Positions 49,393-63,169 of a DNA stretch of 64,000 nucleotides are shown in pieces. This DNA comes from Callorhinchus milii (lineage: Eukaryota). The stretch is taken from the NCBI RefSeq assembly GCF_018977255.1, contig NW_024704743.1:88414001-88478000 (forward strand). Reading direction: 5' to 3'. A program made the position numbers and the translations under genes. How positions within the stretch are numbered: position 1 is the stretch's first letter; each line of letters opens with the position of its first letter. The notes beneath the pieces were generated by a model, which worked only from the letters and a program-made list of their open reading frames with translations, searched no databases and was not told the origin of the DNA.

Positions 49393-49809
49393 AAATAATC
49401 CCTGGATCGGGAATAGTGCCTATAACGTTGAAATATCTCAAAGTGCTTCACAGCAAATTTCTTTAAAGTGTATTTGGTAGGCAAACACAACAAACAGTCT
49501 GCACAAAAACAATGTCCCACAAACAGCCATGAATTGAATGACCATTCTGTCTGTAGGATTGTTATCCAGGACATCGGAAGAAACATTTTCTCTTTTCGGA
49601 TACTGTGTGGGGTGTTTAATATCTGCCTGCACAGGCAGCGAGACCTCGAGTTAAAGCCTCATCTGATTGTTGGCAGCTCCAACAATGTAACCAACTCCCA
49701 GCATTATATTGGAGTGTCAGCCTGGACTATAAGATCAAAATATTAATGTGTGTTTTAAACCCAACCTCCTAACCCATAGATGAGAGTTGTACCAGCTGAG
49801 TCCCACTGA
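49393..49809 (-). mobile_element. Deu-type SINE, decayed
   Basis: Reverse-strand core and head (ggagtgtcagcctggact). Confidence 0.55.
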
Positions 49810-51594
49810 TCTTAACATTACATGTTTAAGAGGACCCTCCATATCATTAACAGTGAAAGTATAGATGGTTTATTTTCATATGTACAACTCCTACCTCTGA
49901 CTTAGGCAATTTAACATTATGCCTGAAGATTTGCAGGCATAATTGAGCCAAAAGTACAAGTTCTACAAAAAACATTTACTCCCACATTCCAAAATGCACA
50001 ATAAGAATGGGAAGAAGAAAGATGATAAACTAAATGTGAAACAAAAATAAAATAGCTAACATCAAAACAGACCGAGATTGAGGATAAGGCAAGGAAAAGA
50101 ACAAGGCAGACACAGGTAAAGTTTTGAAAATGTTTGATTTTTAGTTAAAAATCATTTTGTATTTATTTCAGTGGGCTAGTGAATACAACAGTAACAGAGG
50201 AATCTTGTTGACATGTCAGCATCAAAGGGTCTAAAGTGAAAGCGTACAAAGCTGGTCGGCCCATGGAAATGGAGGGGGAAAGGGTCCCAAAATGGGATAT
50301 GTAATGTGATTCCCTGTTCGGGACAAGGAAAACATGGAATTGTATGGATTGTGCTCTTCTTCACCAAATATTTACCTAAGAATAATTGTAGAATTAAAAC
50401 ATTGAAATTAAAAATCAGTTCTAGCAACTAGCAATCAAAATCTAGTTTCCCTCAGTATTAATATTAATAATCCTTGCGTGTGCTATAGAGCTTTATCGTG
50501 TCTTTGAGATATCTCAAAGCGCTTCACAAAATACACTGTAAAGTGAATTGACTGCATTTTGTGGGTGAAATTTTAAAATCCAATTTGACTCCAATTCACT
50601 TCTGTAAAGGCTGAGGGAGAAAACAGTCTAGAAGTCAGGGGCAGGACAGCGTTTAGTCCCAATCGTTTTGTTCAGGACAGGACAGTGAATAATCATATTC
50701 TCTGTCCTTGTAATAATTCTCACATCACGTACCACAACTTTTTGCCATGGTATCTGTATAGAACTTCTGGGAATCTAAGAGTAATAGGGTACAATGGATG
50801 TGAAAAGGAATTTAAAATTTTGATAATGACTTCACAAAGCAGTTGTAGTTCTCATTCATAGTGCCTAATTGAAAATTGTAGTGCATGAAAGCATTTGACT
50901 TTGGAGATAAGATGTGGTTCTACTTAGAGGAGAAACATGCCCATGCTCCTTCTTGAATGGCCCACTCAAATGCTATTCAATTCAAAGGAGTAAACTGTTG
51001 TGAATACCTTTGTCCAGCAAAGATAGTTTACCTTAGAAGAAAATTCACTTGTTCAAATGATTTGTTACACATGTTTTGAGCAAATTTGATACAATCTTTA
51101 TTTTGTCCTCTTTGCTTTATCTAACAATTAGCGTACTTATCCTTGTCTTTAATGTAGCGCCTCATCTTGCCATTGAAATGTAATTGATATGTCTCAAGCC
51201 ACCACTCAGGATTTTACCGCAAAGTACAGTGACTGTTTATTTGTGAACTGCGGCAGTCATTTTTAACATTCACCTGAACAGGCAGTCAGAACTTCGGTTT
51301 AACGTCTTGTCCAAAAGGTAGCACTCTGACAATGCAGCACCCCATTACAGTGTCAGCCTAGACTATGAACTCAATGACCAGATGTGGGATTTGAACCCGC
51401 AACCTCCTGACAGGCGAGGCTACTGAGCCAGGCTGACACCTCACCTTATACATACATATATGCACCGCCACTGTTAAGAATTCTGAGACGCTACCCTGAG
51501 TGGAGGGCACTATATAAGTGTAAATTGTTGTGTGTTTATGTATATACTTAAAACATTTCTGAAATTTGTCAAAATATCTCCCTGGTAGTTCTTG

Positions 51595-51888
51595 ACTCGC
51601 TTTGCCAGTGAGAGACCTGAGTTCAATTCCAGGCAGAGGGCGAAACCTTGGGCAAGTTTCCTTACTCCACACAGAGCCTAATAATAATCCCTCCAAAAAA
51701 ACAAAACAATAATAAATTGGTCATTTTCAATCCATGACTGTTTGTGGGACATTGCTGTGCGCAATTGGCTGCTGGGTTCGCTCACAAATATACAGTCAAT
51801 TCACTTTACAGTATATTCTGTGAAGCGCTTTGGGACGTCCCCCCGACGTGAAAAGCGCTATATCAAAGGCAAGGATTATTATTATTAT
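51595..51888 (+). mobile_element. tRNA-Ala SINE (short form, 5' truncated)
   Basis: B box, body and (TTA)n tail. Confidence 0.85.
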
Positions 51889-52236
51889 ATGTGCATTTAA
51901 AAACTGCACACATCAACTGAGCTGTTGAGGATCTTACATTCTCTGCGTCCTTTTCATGTGATTTACGTGAGTATTAGAATCCTTTGTGACATCACTGAAG
52001 GATTATACTGTAATTATTAGCAATTATAGTATCCTGTGATCGCTGGAAGTTATTCTGAATTGTGTTCGGAAATTTGCTTTCTTCTGTAGTAATGTAACCA
52101 ATTATAATTGAACAGGGATAGGAATCGATAGCTTAAGTATTGATGTATAAAAAAATTCAAGTTTTTAATGTGAGTGAATTAGCACACGCCCACACTTTAT
52201 TTTCTTCACTGCCTCATCCGCTCCTTTTCTTCCATT

Positions 52237-52841
52237 GTGGAGTCCTGAAGCTCAGTGGTTAGAGCACTTGCCTCGCAAGCGAGAGACCTGGTTTCTGTTC
52301 CCGGCAGGGCGAAATGTTGGGCAAGTTTCCTTACTCCATACGCCTCAGTTTACCTCGCAGTAAGTAGGAACCCAGTTGTTAGTTGATTGGCGTATTGTTT
52401 TTCCGGGGATAATAATCCTTTCAAAAACATAATAATTTGGTCACTTAATCCACTACTGTTTGTGGGACACTGCTGTGTGCAATTGACTGCCGCGTTTCAC
52501 CCACAAATATACAGTCAATTCACTTTCCATTATATTCTTTTCTCTTTGACCGAGCCTTCAGCTCCCCTCTCGACTCTCTTCCCCCTCCTCGCTCCCTCCC
52601 TTCCCTCCCCTTACCCTGACCATTTCCCCCCTCCTCGCTCCCTCCCTTCCCTCCCCCTGACCATTTCCCCCCTGCTCGGGTCATGACCCAACTGTGCAGC
52701 GCCTTGGGACGTCCTCCTGACGTGAAAGGCGCTTTATAAATGGAATCTTGTTGTTGTTGTTGTTGTTGTATTCTGTGAAGCACTTTGAGATGTCTAGAAG
52801 ATGGGAAAAGCGCTAGATCAAATGCAAGGATTGTTATTATT
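52237..52841 (+). mobile_element. tRNA-Ala SINE (long form) interrupted by an L2 3' end at 52539-52768
   Basis: Full head; TATTCT duplicated at 52533-52538 and 52769-52774 around the insert. Confidence 0.88.
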
Positions 52842-55800
52842 ACCTTTCAATCCTTTTAACTTTCAATCTTTTGAAACTTTTTTTGATCAGAACATCTTAA
52901 ATGAAGAAGGGCAAGGCAGTATGTTGGCATAAGTGATATAGGTTAACATTTTGGGCCGGGCCCTTCAAGATATCTGCTCTGCTGAAGAGTTATTCCAAAA
53001 ATATTAACTTTTTTCAGATGATAATTGATCTGTTGCAAATTTCTAAGATTTCTGTTTTATTTCAGTTTTTCAATATTTGAATCTTTGCAGTTCAATATAT
53101 GAGCACATCTAGCCAAGAAGACAACATAATTACTATTACATATTATTGTATTTCAACAACAAGATTACATTTGTATAGCGCCTTTCACATCGGGAGGACA
53201 GGGAAGAGTGAACAAACTTGCATTTTTATAATGCCCTTGACTTGGGTCATTATTTGGGACTTGGGCATCCTTCCGACATGAAAGGCGCTATACAAATGTA
53301 ATTTTGTATCGTGTTATATTATTGTCTCCATTCTCTCTTTAAATATTCTTGTGGGATTTTTAGCATACAGGGACCTCGGTTTAACATCTCATCAATAGGA
53401 TGGCATCTCCAGCAATTCAGGGCTCCTTTACGACTGCAATCAAAATCTCTGCCCAGGCTATGAGTTTAAAGTTCCCACGTTGGACTTGAACCTATAACCT
53501 TTTGACCTAAAGTTGAAGGTACTACCAACTGTTTGATGTTTACAGATATCAAAGTCTTCAGTATCACTACAGTACAATGAACACACCCACACTCCCACCG
53601 CCATTAGCATCCTGTCGTTTATGGTCGCATCCTGTTGTTCATGGTCTCCTGTGAGCTAATTCAAAGCTACTTGTGCTGATTCGGCTGCTTCCTGCGTAAA
53701 AAAAGGCTAATGTCTGTGTCGTCAGGTTGCCTCTGGTGTCACTTCCTGCAATCATCTGTTCTGTGGTTGGAAAGGTCACTGCGACTTGTTTGTGGAGGGG
53801 GTGATTCCTGCTGCACCTTTTAAATATAACACACATGTGCAGTTCCATGGAAGTGGCATCAGCAGTGACTTGGCAATTCAGAAGTTAGCCATAATTTAGC
53901 ACTTCGCTCATGATGCGATCACCGAACTATTCGACCCAGAGGGAAATGTTGTAATGAGGCTCCCCTGTATTGTAGAAGACAATAACATGAAATATTATCC
54001 TTAATAATAGACCCATGGTCACTGCCCCATCCGTCCCTTGAAAGCCTTCCAATCCAGTCTTTGTAGAACACTCTGAAAAGTTAGCCTATGTGACAGGTAT
54101 TGTTGTTGTCGTAATTAAATTCGACTTCACATCAGGAGGATGTCCCAAAATGCTTCACAGAGCTGGATGGGCACTCGATCTGGGTTGGGAGCTGAGGGGG
54201 TGGGGGTTGTGTTATTGCCTTTGATCTGGTCTTAGTCTTTAGCAGTTTACATTTCTCTAACACTTTATCATGTTGAAATGACTATAGTGACTTTTTGTAG
54301 GAAAATGCAGCAGTTATTTGCACTAGCCAGCTCCCACAAAACAGCCACGATTTAGTTGAATAGCCAATTAATCATGAGGATTTCTGCACAGGATAATTGC
54401 ACTTGATCAAACTACACTTGTGTGAGTGGACAGAATTGGAGATGATGCCCATCCCCCAGTGGTGCAGAGGCTGCTATAACTTGCAGTCTTATCACCGAAA
54501 GAAAGATCAGTTGGGTAAGGGTAGTTTGTTTCTGTGGAGCCACATTGCAGCAAGAGTCAGTGCACCATTTTTGTTTCTAAAAAAACGTTTCTTATTGAAA
54601 ATGGTCTTTTCCCTTTCACATGAATAAAGGAGATTTCTTAGGCTAAAAAACAATGTTTTGGGAAAAATGAGAGAAAAGATACAGTATTGTATTTTGAAGA
54701 TGTATCAGCCCTGTTACTTGCACTGAAGCATGTGTATGTGTGAATGAGTGCGCATGACAAGGTCATTCTGCCTGAGGTGTAAAGCTTGTGCTCTCTTGTG
54801 CTCCAGTTGGTTTTGAATAGGAGGAGTTATTTGATCTGCTCTTTTTGTATTTTCTTGAGAAAAGTGCAGTGGTGCTACAACTCAAGTCCTCTCAATTTTA
54901 AATACGATTTAGCCTATGCAGAAAAATCACTTATGACAGGCATACAAGTAGATTTTGAATCACTGAAAGCTTCTATGAAACCCAATTTAATTTATTGCTA
55001 TTCACAAATTAACCTATTCAATTAGACTGCAATCCGATTACAGTGGCTGAATTCCTGAACGATTTTTTTTGTTTGAAATAGTATTTTATTTCTAAGCAGC
55101 TTTGGAGTCTACCTTGTACCACAGAGGGCTTAGCTCTTGGCTTGCAGAGCATCATTGCACAACCTAGCCAGCTATTGTTGTTTTCAACGACTAAAGTAAA
55201 GTTTTAACTTCCCTGTCATTGTGTACTATACAATTGTAAACATTTACTCTACCAGTTTCGCTTAGTGGACAACACCTCTGTGTTGGCTCAAGTTTTGCAC
55301 TGGGATTTGAGCTATCCGTCCAGGCTGACACTTCAGAACAGCATTGATGTTTTTTGTAGCCGGGTTGGGTAGCTGATGCCTGTAGAAACCTGTTTGACAG
55401 TCTCCAAATTAAGCTGCTGAAAGTTCCACAGTTTGCGAAGATTCTGTTTTTCTGGAACAGAATATGCACTCTTTATTTATCCAGAAGGAAGCACTCTATT
55501 TATCTAATTCTAGACAATATAGACACAGATTGGAAAGAGTTGAGGCTTGGGGACACCAAAGAGAACGTTAGCATTTAACTGTTGACATTTAACAACAACA
55601 ATTGAATTTAAGTAGCGCCCTTCATGCTGGGTTGTCTCTCAGAGAGCTTCAACCAGTTGAAGTGGCTTTCAACCATTCTGCTTTCACTGTCTGGAACTCC
55701 ATGTAAGAATTCCTCCAATTCACCTGCTCTCTCCCTATGTTTAAAACTTGCTTTGAGACTTACCTCTTTGACCATGTTTTCAGTCACATTCCACAGCCCC

Positions 55801-56237
55801 CACTTTCCCCAGCTTAGATGCCCAGCAAGTACTTTGAGATGTCCTTCCAACAAGAAAAGTGCTATGTAAATTGTATTGTAAAACTGTCCATCTGAAGAAG
55901 AGGAAGGTAGGACTTCATTTTATCACCACATCCAAAGGATAGCACTGGAATGTCATCCTAGTCTGCAAGCTTAAGTCCCAATGTGGGGCTTGAACAAATA
56001 ACAAATAACATTCTGATTCAAAGGCTGAAATGGTAATATAGACTTTTCAAAAGCTTCAGCGAAATTTGCAGATATGACAAAATTGCAGGCATATTACATT
56101 CAAGTGGGTGAAAGTGTAGGCCTGGCAACAGTGGAAAAACAAACTTCCATTTTGCATTCTTGGATTTCAAAGTAGTGACCTTGTTTATGTGAATACTTAC
56201 AAGTTTTGTGGTCTTTTTGCTTTTTGTCTTTATCCAG

Positions 56238-56386
56238 GAGAGCTCCCACCTCCTTACAGTCCAGTGGCCAGCTCTGATGTGGGAGGAGTACCAGTAATAA
56301 ACTGCCGTGTGTGCCAGTCTCTGATCAATTTGGAGGGCAAGCTCCATCAGCATGTTGTTAAATGCACTGTTTGTAATGAAGCTACG
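56238..56386 (+). CDS. PIP4P2: PIP4P2/TMEM55A coding exon 2 ([50 protein letters not shown])
   Basis: ttatccag| acceptor and |gtagga donor; 149 nt, phase 1-0; PPPY motif and CxxC pairs of the TMEM55 family. Confidence 0.93.
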
Positions 56387-57284
56387 GTAGGAAAATCTAA
56401 ATCTTTTTTAGTGGCATGACTTAAAAAGCAGCATGCAAAGTGAAGCGTACAATGCCCTGTATGAGTGCAGTGCTTTTTTCCTTTCACAAAAACTGCTCAA
56501 CCTCTCTGAGCATTGACAGAAGTTTGGAGCTTGTAAAATTAACACTTTCATGTATACATGTATAATTGCATACAATGGAATTCAAATAATATGAACTGTA
56601 GAATTTTGCTTAAAAGATAAAGACAATTTAGGAGGTAAACTGGATAGAATTTTGGTGTACAAAGTGATGGATGGTTATCAGTGAGAGAGAGTATTGTTTG
56701 ATATTTGTTGAATATTGGGACCACCGCCAAATGGATCACAAGGCTTTTTCTGGTATTTTACTGAGAATATGGAAATAAGAAAAAAAGGTCCATTGTGCCT
56801 ATTCCCTCCACAAATCAAATACTGTTAGGACTGTTGTGAACTCTGTCCAACACTCTTAGTCTTTGAGAGAGTCGACAAACCAGGTGAAACTCTGAAATTT
56901 GTCACTCTATCGCTAAGATGATGAAGCAACACTTCAAGATATCAATCTAACCTTGTAGAGTTGTGTTCTATAGTCAGCAAACTCATTTATTATTAGTTCC
57001 TGCTGTTCACCAAGCAGCATTCCTTAAACAAATATTTATCCAACTTACATCAACAACATTAATTACTTTTTGTTTATCTCACCAATGTTTTGAGAGGGGA
57101 TTTTTTTGTAAGCATGAGCTTTGCAAGTTTGGTTGTTGTTTTCTGCAAACCAAGGTAAATAGCCTATTTACATCAGCATTATCATGCCTATCGGTATTAA
57201 ATCAGCAATTCTGGGTTTTATTGTATGTAGGGTCTCTATTTGTATTACTATTAGTTACACTGTGTACAAAAACAAGGATATGTT

Positions 57285-58085
57285 AATACAATTTATATTT
57301 ATGTAGGGCCTTTCAGGTTGGGAGGTCAACTCAGTGTGTTAGAATGGGCATCCGAGCTGGGGTGTGAGCCAAGGAGGGTGGAGAGGGAATGATGACCAAA
57401 AAATGTTCAGAGATACTTTTTGAAACGTGCCTTGAAAGCGGGTTGGAAGTGAGTGATTTGGAGGGACTCCGGGCTAGAATTCCAGAGAGCGGAGCAGAAC
57501 TGCTGACAGCCTGCCTGAGGGACATGATAGAGCAAGGGACATGAAGCAGGCCAGTGTTTGCTGAACAAAGGTAGCTGTCGAGTTGGTAGGGTTGAAGGAG
57601 GTCATAGATGGAAGGTAGGGTAATACTGTGAAGGAACTTAAAGGTTAAATTCAGGTATGTTAAGTTCATACAAGGCTTTGGTTAGCCCAGTTGGAGTCCC
57701 GTGTGCAGTTCTGGGCATTCCATCACAGAATAGAGATTAGAGCCAATGAAAGGGTTAAACATAAGTTTATTTTGATGATATCAGGAATGAGCTAGGTTTG
57801 AAAACTTGGCTCTGTTTTTCAGTGAAGGTTAAGTGGGGATTCAATGGAAGTCTTCAAAATTCTGAAAGGTTTTGAAAATTTCGATCGTGAAAGATTTTTC
57901 CTGCTGATTGGTAAATCAGGGTTGTTACTGGTCAAGTTGAGAGAAAGTTTAGAATAAGCTTTTTCATGCAGAGATTCATAGAACATGAATGCTTTGCTAA
58001 ATTGGCTGCTGAGGCTAAGGCAATAAATGCTTGAGAGGGTACTGGATAAACATTTGAAGAGGAAGAGTATAAACAGGTGCAGGAA
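57285..58085. mobile_element. L2 3' fragment (minus, 57285-57650) followed by decayed CR1 (plus, 57670-58085)
   Basis: L2 tail on minus; gtgtgcagttctgggc and caaaattctgaaaggttttga CR1 motifs on plus. Confidence 0.6.
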
Positions 58086-61000
58086 ATTGGAATTAAGAAT
58101 ATTTGGCTCTATATAGCACCAGCATACATTTGAAGGACGGCAGTGTTTCTGTACTGCAGATTTTTTTTTAGCACAGTGAGAATATGAAGTATGGAATGAA
58201 GATAAAGGCCCAAAAGGTCCTCACCGGCAATTTCTTGATTTACGTGCCTCTGAATGCTGATCCATTTTATTGATAGCATTTCACAATATGCAGAAAATAA
58301 TAGATTGTGATCTAGATGCTGTGCGTATGTTGTGTGCACAGAATCTGTTTTAAGGTACCAAATAAAAGTTAATACATGAATTATTAAAGTGAATTTGGCA
58401 GCATGGATGGGGAAAGAGCTAAAGGAAAGGAATGGGAATAGTAAAGATAAAGGGATATTTCTCAAGTTGGTGGTTTATAGTCAGCAACATAACAATTTAG
58501 AATAATTATAAACAGTTGAGGATTATTGTCGGAAGATATAGGGTCAGGATGGAAGAATATTTTTTACACAGAGGGTCGTTGGGATATAAAATTTACCACA
58601 AATAAGTGTAGTCAGCATTTAAAATGGAATTAGATATGTACTAGAATAAACATAATAACAGATATGGAGAAGTAGCAGGGAGACAGGATGGAAGTGGAAT
58701 AAATAGCTCCACTAAGGGAGCAAACACCAAATATGATCAACGATTTATGCACAAAACAAAAACATTGGAGATAAATTCCACCTAGGTCTATACTTAATTT
58801 TTTTTTAGAATTTCAGAGTAGGCAGAATTTGGAAATTAACATTACATTTCTTATAATAATCAACTTCACAATTGAGACTGGATTTGTCAAATTCTTCACT
58901 TTGTGAAAAGATAGTGTAAACAGTGTAAGTCTCAATCCGACTGAAATTCTTCCCCCCCCACCCCCCCACCCCATGTTGTCTTCTAAAACTGTAATTAATC
59001 CATAAGTTATTGATATGCATTAGCTTTCTAGATGAATAATAATCCTTGCATTGATATAGCGCCTTATCATGTTGTTGAAACATCTCAAATGCTTCACAGA
59101 ATTTACTGTAAAGTGAATTGACTGTGTATTTTCCAGGCGAGAACTTGCACTTGCACCTGGTGGTGGGGGGCGGGGGGTGGTTTGGACAGGACAGTTTTAC
59201 TTTGAAGATCTAAGATTTTAGAATAACAACTTTTTTCAAATTAGAAAGTGGACTGAATATGGCACAGTTTAACTGCAACTTTGGGTTTGAGGAGAGAGTG
59301 TATTTGCTGAAGAGCTATGAAAACACTTCTTCTTGTCAATTAGCTCTTGTATCTGTGTAACAAGTGGAACACTCGACTCCTGAAATAGAAACTGTGGTCA
59401 TGCAATTATAGCGTCTACTCTTGTAAAACTGGAATCACAGTGGGCACTGTAGCACACTGTGACGTATAACTGGGGACTTTCATTAGTGGTTAAAGTGAGT
59501 CAGAATAGTCAATCGTCTATTTAGTTGTTAGCATGGAAGAACGTCATGCTGATCTATATTGCCTGCTGCTCCTGGTACTCCATCTAGTGAGGCCTCAAAA
59601 CCATGCTTGTCAGATGTAAAATAATAATAATCCTTGCATTTGATATAGTGTCTTATCACTTCTTTGAGATGCCTCAAAGAGCTTCACAGAGTATACTGTA
59701 AAGTGAATTGACTGTATATTCCTATCACCATGCTTGTGGATTGAGTGACCAAGTTATAATAATAATTTTATTTTAAGGGATTATTAGCCCTGGATGACCA
59801 ATTAGTGACTTATCATTGTTTTGGGGGGATGGGGGGTGGTAAGTGAGGTTTCCTTGGAGCTGAACTGTCTCTAAGGTGACATTTTTAATGGAATGTCAGA
59901 ATCGAGCCAGACATCTGTGGCGGTCGCCATAGTCCGCTTCCTGAGCCAGACGGGTCCACAGTATTGCAGGACACTGCTGATGACTGCTCAGCCAGCCTGG
60001 CTCATTGAAATTGGAAGGGTAGACCAATGACTGGGGGCATAGATTCTTCTCACCTGGCTTCTGTTGACCCTGTAAGCCAAAGCCTTAACAGATTCGGTGG
60101 TCTTAGTTGGATGAGCTGTGGTAAAACTTGCCAGATAGTGCTTTCAATAGCAAGCTATCATTTTATCTGGGAAAAGAGATGGAATTTCCATGTGTTGGTG
60201 GAATGCATGGAACTTTCAGTTTGCTTCGGATACTGTTAAGCATGGTGATAGGTTTTCAGATGTGTCAGACACCTGCCTGGCAAAAACAAAACAGCTGGTT
60301 AGTCTCCAGCAGATAAACCAATGCAGACTCTAGGGATCCGAAGCTTTAGCTCTTGCCAACCTGCGTCCCTCAAGGAAGAAAGTGTGCATTCCATTACATT
60401 ACACAGGAATTTCCAGGTGCAGATGGGATGCATGGATCTTGCAGCATGGTCTTAAGCATCCCTTGAGCATATTGATGGGTTTCTGAATGTGTCAGACACC
60501 CAGCTGACAAAATAAAATTCTAGTTCTCCTTCCTCCTGTCACTTTTAATCTCTCCAAAGTGAATGGAGTTCATTCGTAAAGTTGAATGTATGCCTTGACA
60601 CTTTTCTTGATCAGATACTTTGTAGCAAATAAAAGCAGCGCGCATGCTTGAGTGGGCAGGTAAATCAGATTTGAACTGTGCAGATTCAATGATAAGAGTA
60701 AAAGCAAAGCGATGGAAAGAAAACCCAGGTTTCAGTTTGCTGTAGTAACAGGAAGGCCTTTATGTTTTAAAATTTGTGTTCCCAATACACACAACTAGTA
60801 GAGGATGCTGTGGAAGAAGGACCAGGACCCGAGCTAGTTTCCTCCTTCTTAACCTGGGAAGGCAGGGACCCATTTAGCTTCCTCTGCTGACACCAGCAAA
60901 CTCAACACAGCCCAGGATTTGAACCAGGAAGCTCAGGTCTGTAAATTACAGCTGTGTCCAATACATCATCTGGGGCTGCCCATGACGCTGTTCAACTCAC

Positions 61001-62454
61001 AACAGCTACTTGCCACAACCAGGTTATTGATAAGTGGTACTTAACAAATTTTAATTGATTCAACATGGGTTTCACACTGAGGCTTTGAAAAGTCTGTTTA
61101 TATGCTGCAACCATAACATATTAACAGTTTCAAGCAGTTTCAGTGAAGCACTTTGAATTGTCTCAATGAAGAGACAAAGCACAAGGATTATTGTTATTTA
61201 TAGTTCCTTTGTATTGATATTGTAATTTGTCACCCTTTTACTATCACCACCTTTCCTGGTAGTTTGTTACACAAGCCTATCATTCTTTAGACTAAGACCA
61301 TTCGCCTACAGATATACAGTCACTGCACTTTACAGTAAAATCCTGTCAACTTCTTTGAGACGTTTTGACGTAATAAGACATTATATTAAATGCAAATATT
61401 ATTATTAAGATTATATTAAATATCCTCCTTTTCTGTTTGCTTTTCTTTTTTCTTTTTTGAGTTTTACACACAGAATCTTCATTTTCTAAATCTTACATAA
61501 TTTTAACCACCACTGTTCATACACTCTCAGTCTTCTCTTTTCTAGAGAAAAATGTCTTAGGGAAGCTGATTTTCATAGCTCTATTCACTAGAAGTTATTT
61601 ATTTTACTGTGGAATTCTGAGGATGTATTTTGCAGGAAAGGCAGTGACATTGTTTGACTTTTTAAAGCATATGGCTGCTGCTTTTATTTTGTTGTTTATT
61701 AATTGATCTTTAATGCATCAGTATGTGAACTAGAGAGCAGATTGTGGTAAGGTACAATGCCCATCTGAAACCATATCCTATATATGGAACGAGAAGAATA
61801 TACATTCAGAAAGATTAAATATTTAAGAAATGTATGAAAATACACCAAGAACATTGCTCTAAGTGTTCAACAAAATCAATTAATCATGGGAGGCGGACGG
61901 GAGAGAAGAGTCCCTTTTGGCACATAATTGAGGTTCTACTGTATAATTTTCACCTACAAAATATATAATCAATTCACTTTACAGAATATTCTGTGAAGCG
62001 CTTTGAGACATCTCAATGATGTGATAAGGTGCTATAATCAAATGCAAGGATTAATATTATTATTATAAGCTTTTATTAATGCCTAACTGATGCATTGTTT
62101 CCTTTTTGTGGTTTAGTTTTAGAACCCCGGCACAGTATATAGTACATGCAGTAACAATACATTTTATGTGAAGTTGTACTTTATTGTTTCATGAATAGAT
62201 GGGTTTCAGTAATAAAGTTCACTTGATGGATGTTTATGGAGGTAGTTACAACTAATATTTTGTCATCTGGTGCTGAATTTGTCTACAAATACTCAGTTCC
62301 TACACGTTACCTGCTACCAACCTGCCAGCTCCCTCCGTTCAGCGGGCTCCAGCCTGCTTCAAGTTCCCCAAATACATTTTGAAAAAAATCTATGGAACAT
62401 ATTAATCCTTATAAAATGCCATTCTGTACTTTCAAATCTGCTTCTCCAATGGTA

Positions 62455-62860
62455 AATAATAAAATAGTTGTTGCATTTGATTTTGTGACTTTCACTTCGG
62501 GAGGACATCTCAAAGCACTTCACACAATTTATTGTAAAGTATAGAGACTATTTTATAGACAAACATGGCAGCCAATTTGCTACAAATAGTAGTGACCCAC
62601 AAACCACCATGAAACTGAATGGCTAATTTTATCAATGGGATTGTTGGCACTGGGAAAATCTCTCTTTTCAATTTATTCCATGGGATCTTTAACATCCATC
62701 TAAGCAGGCAGATAGGACCTTGGTTTAATGCCCTCCCTGAAGGTTAGCACTCCAACAATGCAGTGCTCCCTGCCTCGGATGTGAGTTCATATTCCTGATG
62801 TGGATCTTGAACCCACCACCTCTCACTAAAGGCAAGAGTCCTACAGTCTGACGCCCTAAA
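62455..62860 (-). mobile_element. Deu-type SINE, decayed
   Basis: ccatgggatctttaacatcca core, head and tail on the minus strand. Confidence 0.55.
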
Positions 62861-63169
62861 CTGATGATCTGTTTTAGGGCAATTTAATTTAAATCATATT
62901 TGTGCTGTTGTGAAAGGGTTTCTGTTTTTTAGGTGAGGCAGATGAGCAGTATATGGAGTATATTGGAGCTAAAGCAGCTTGAGGTCTTGTCATTTCCTTT
63001 CCCTAATGTTATAACCATTAATAAAGCTAAGTTTTGATTTAGACATTAGAATTCAGTGTTTGAAACCTTAAATTCTAATGTTCAATGTACTGCTCCCTTT
63101 CTTGAGCGAGTCCACTGACCAGATGTCAGAAGTGTAACAATTGTAATACAAGTAACATGACAACACAGC

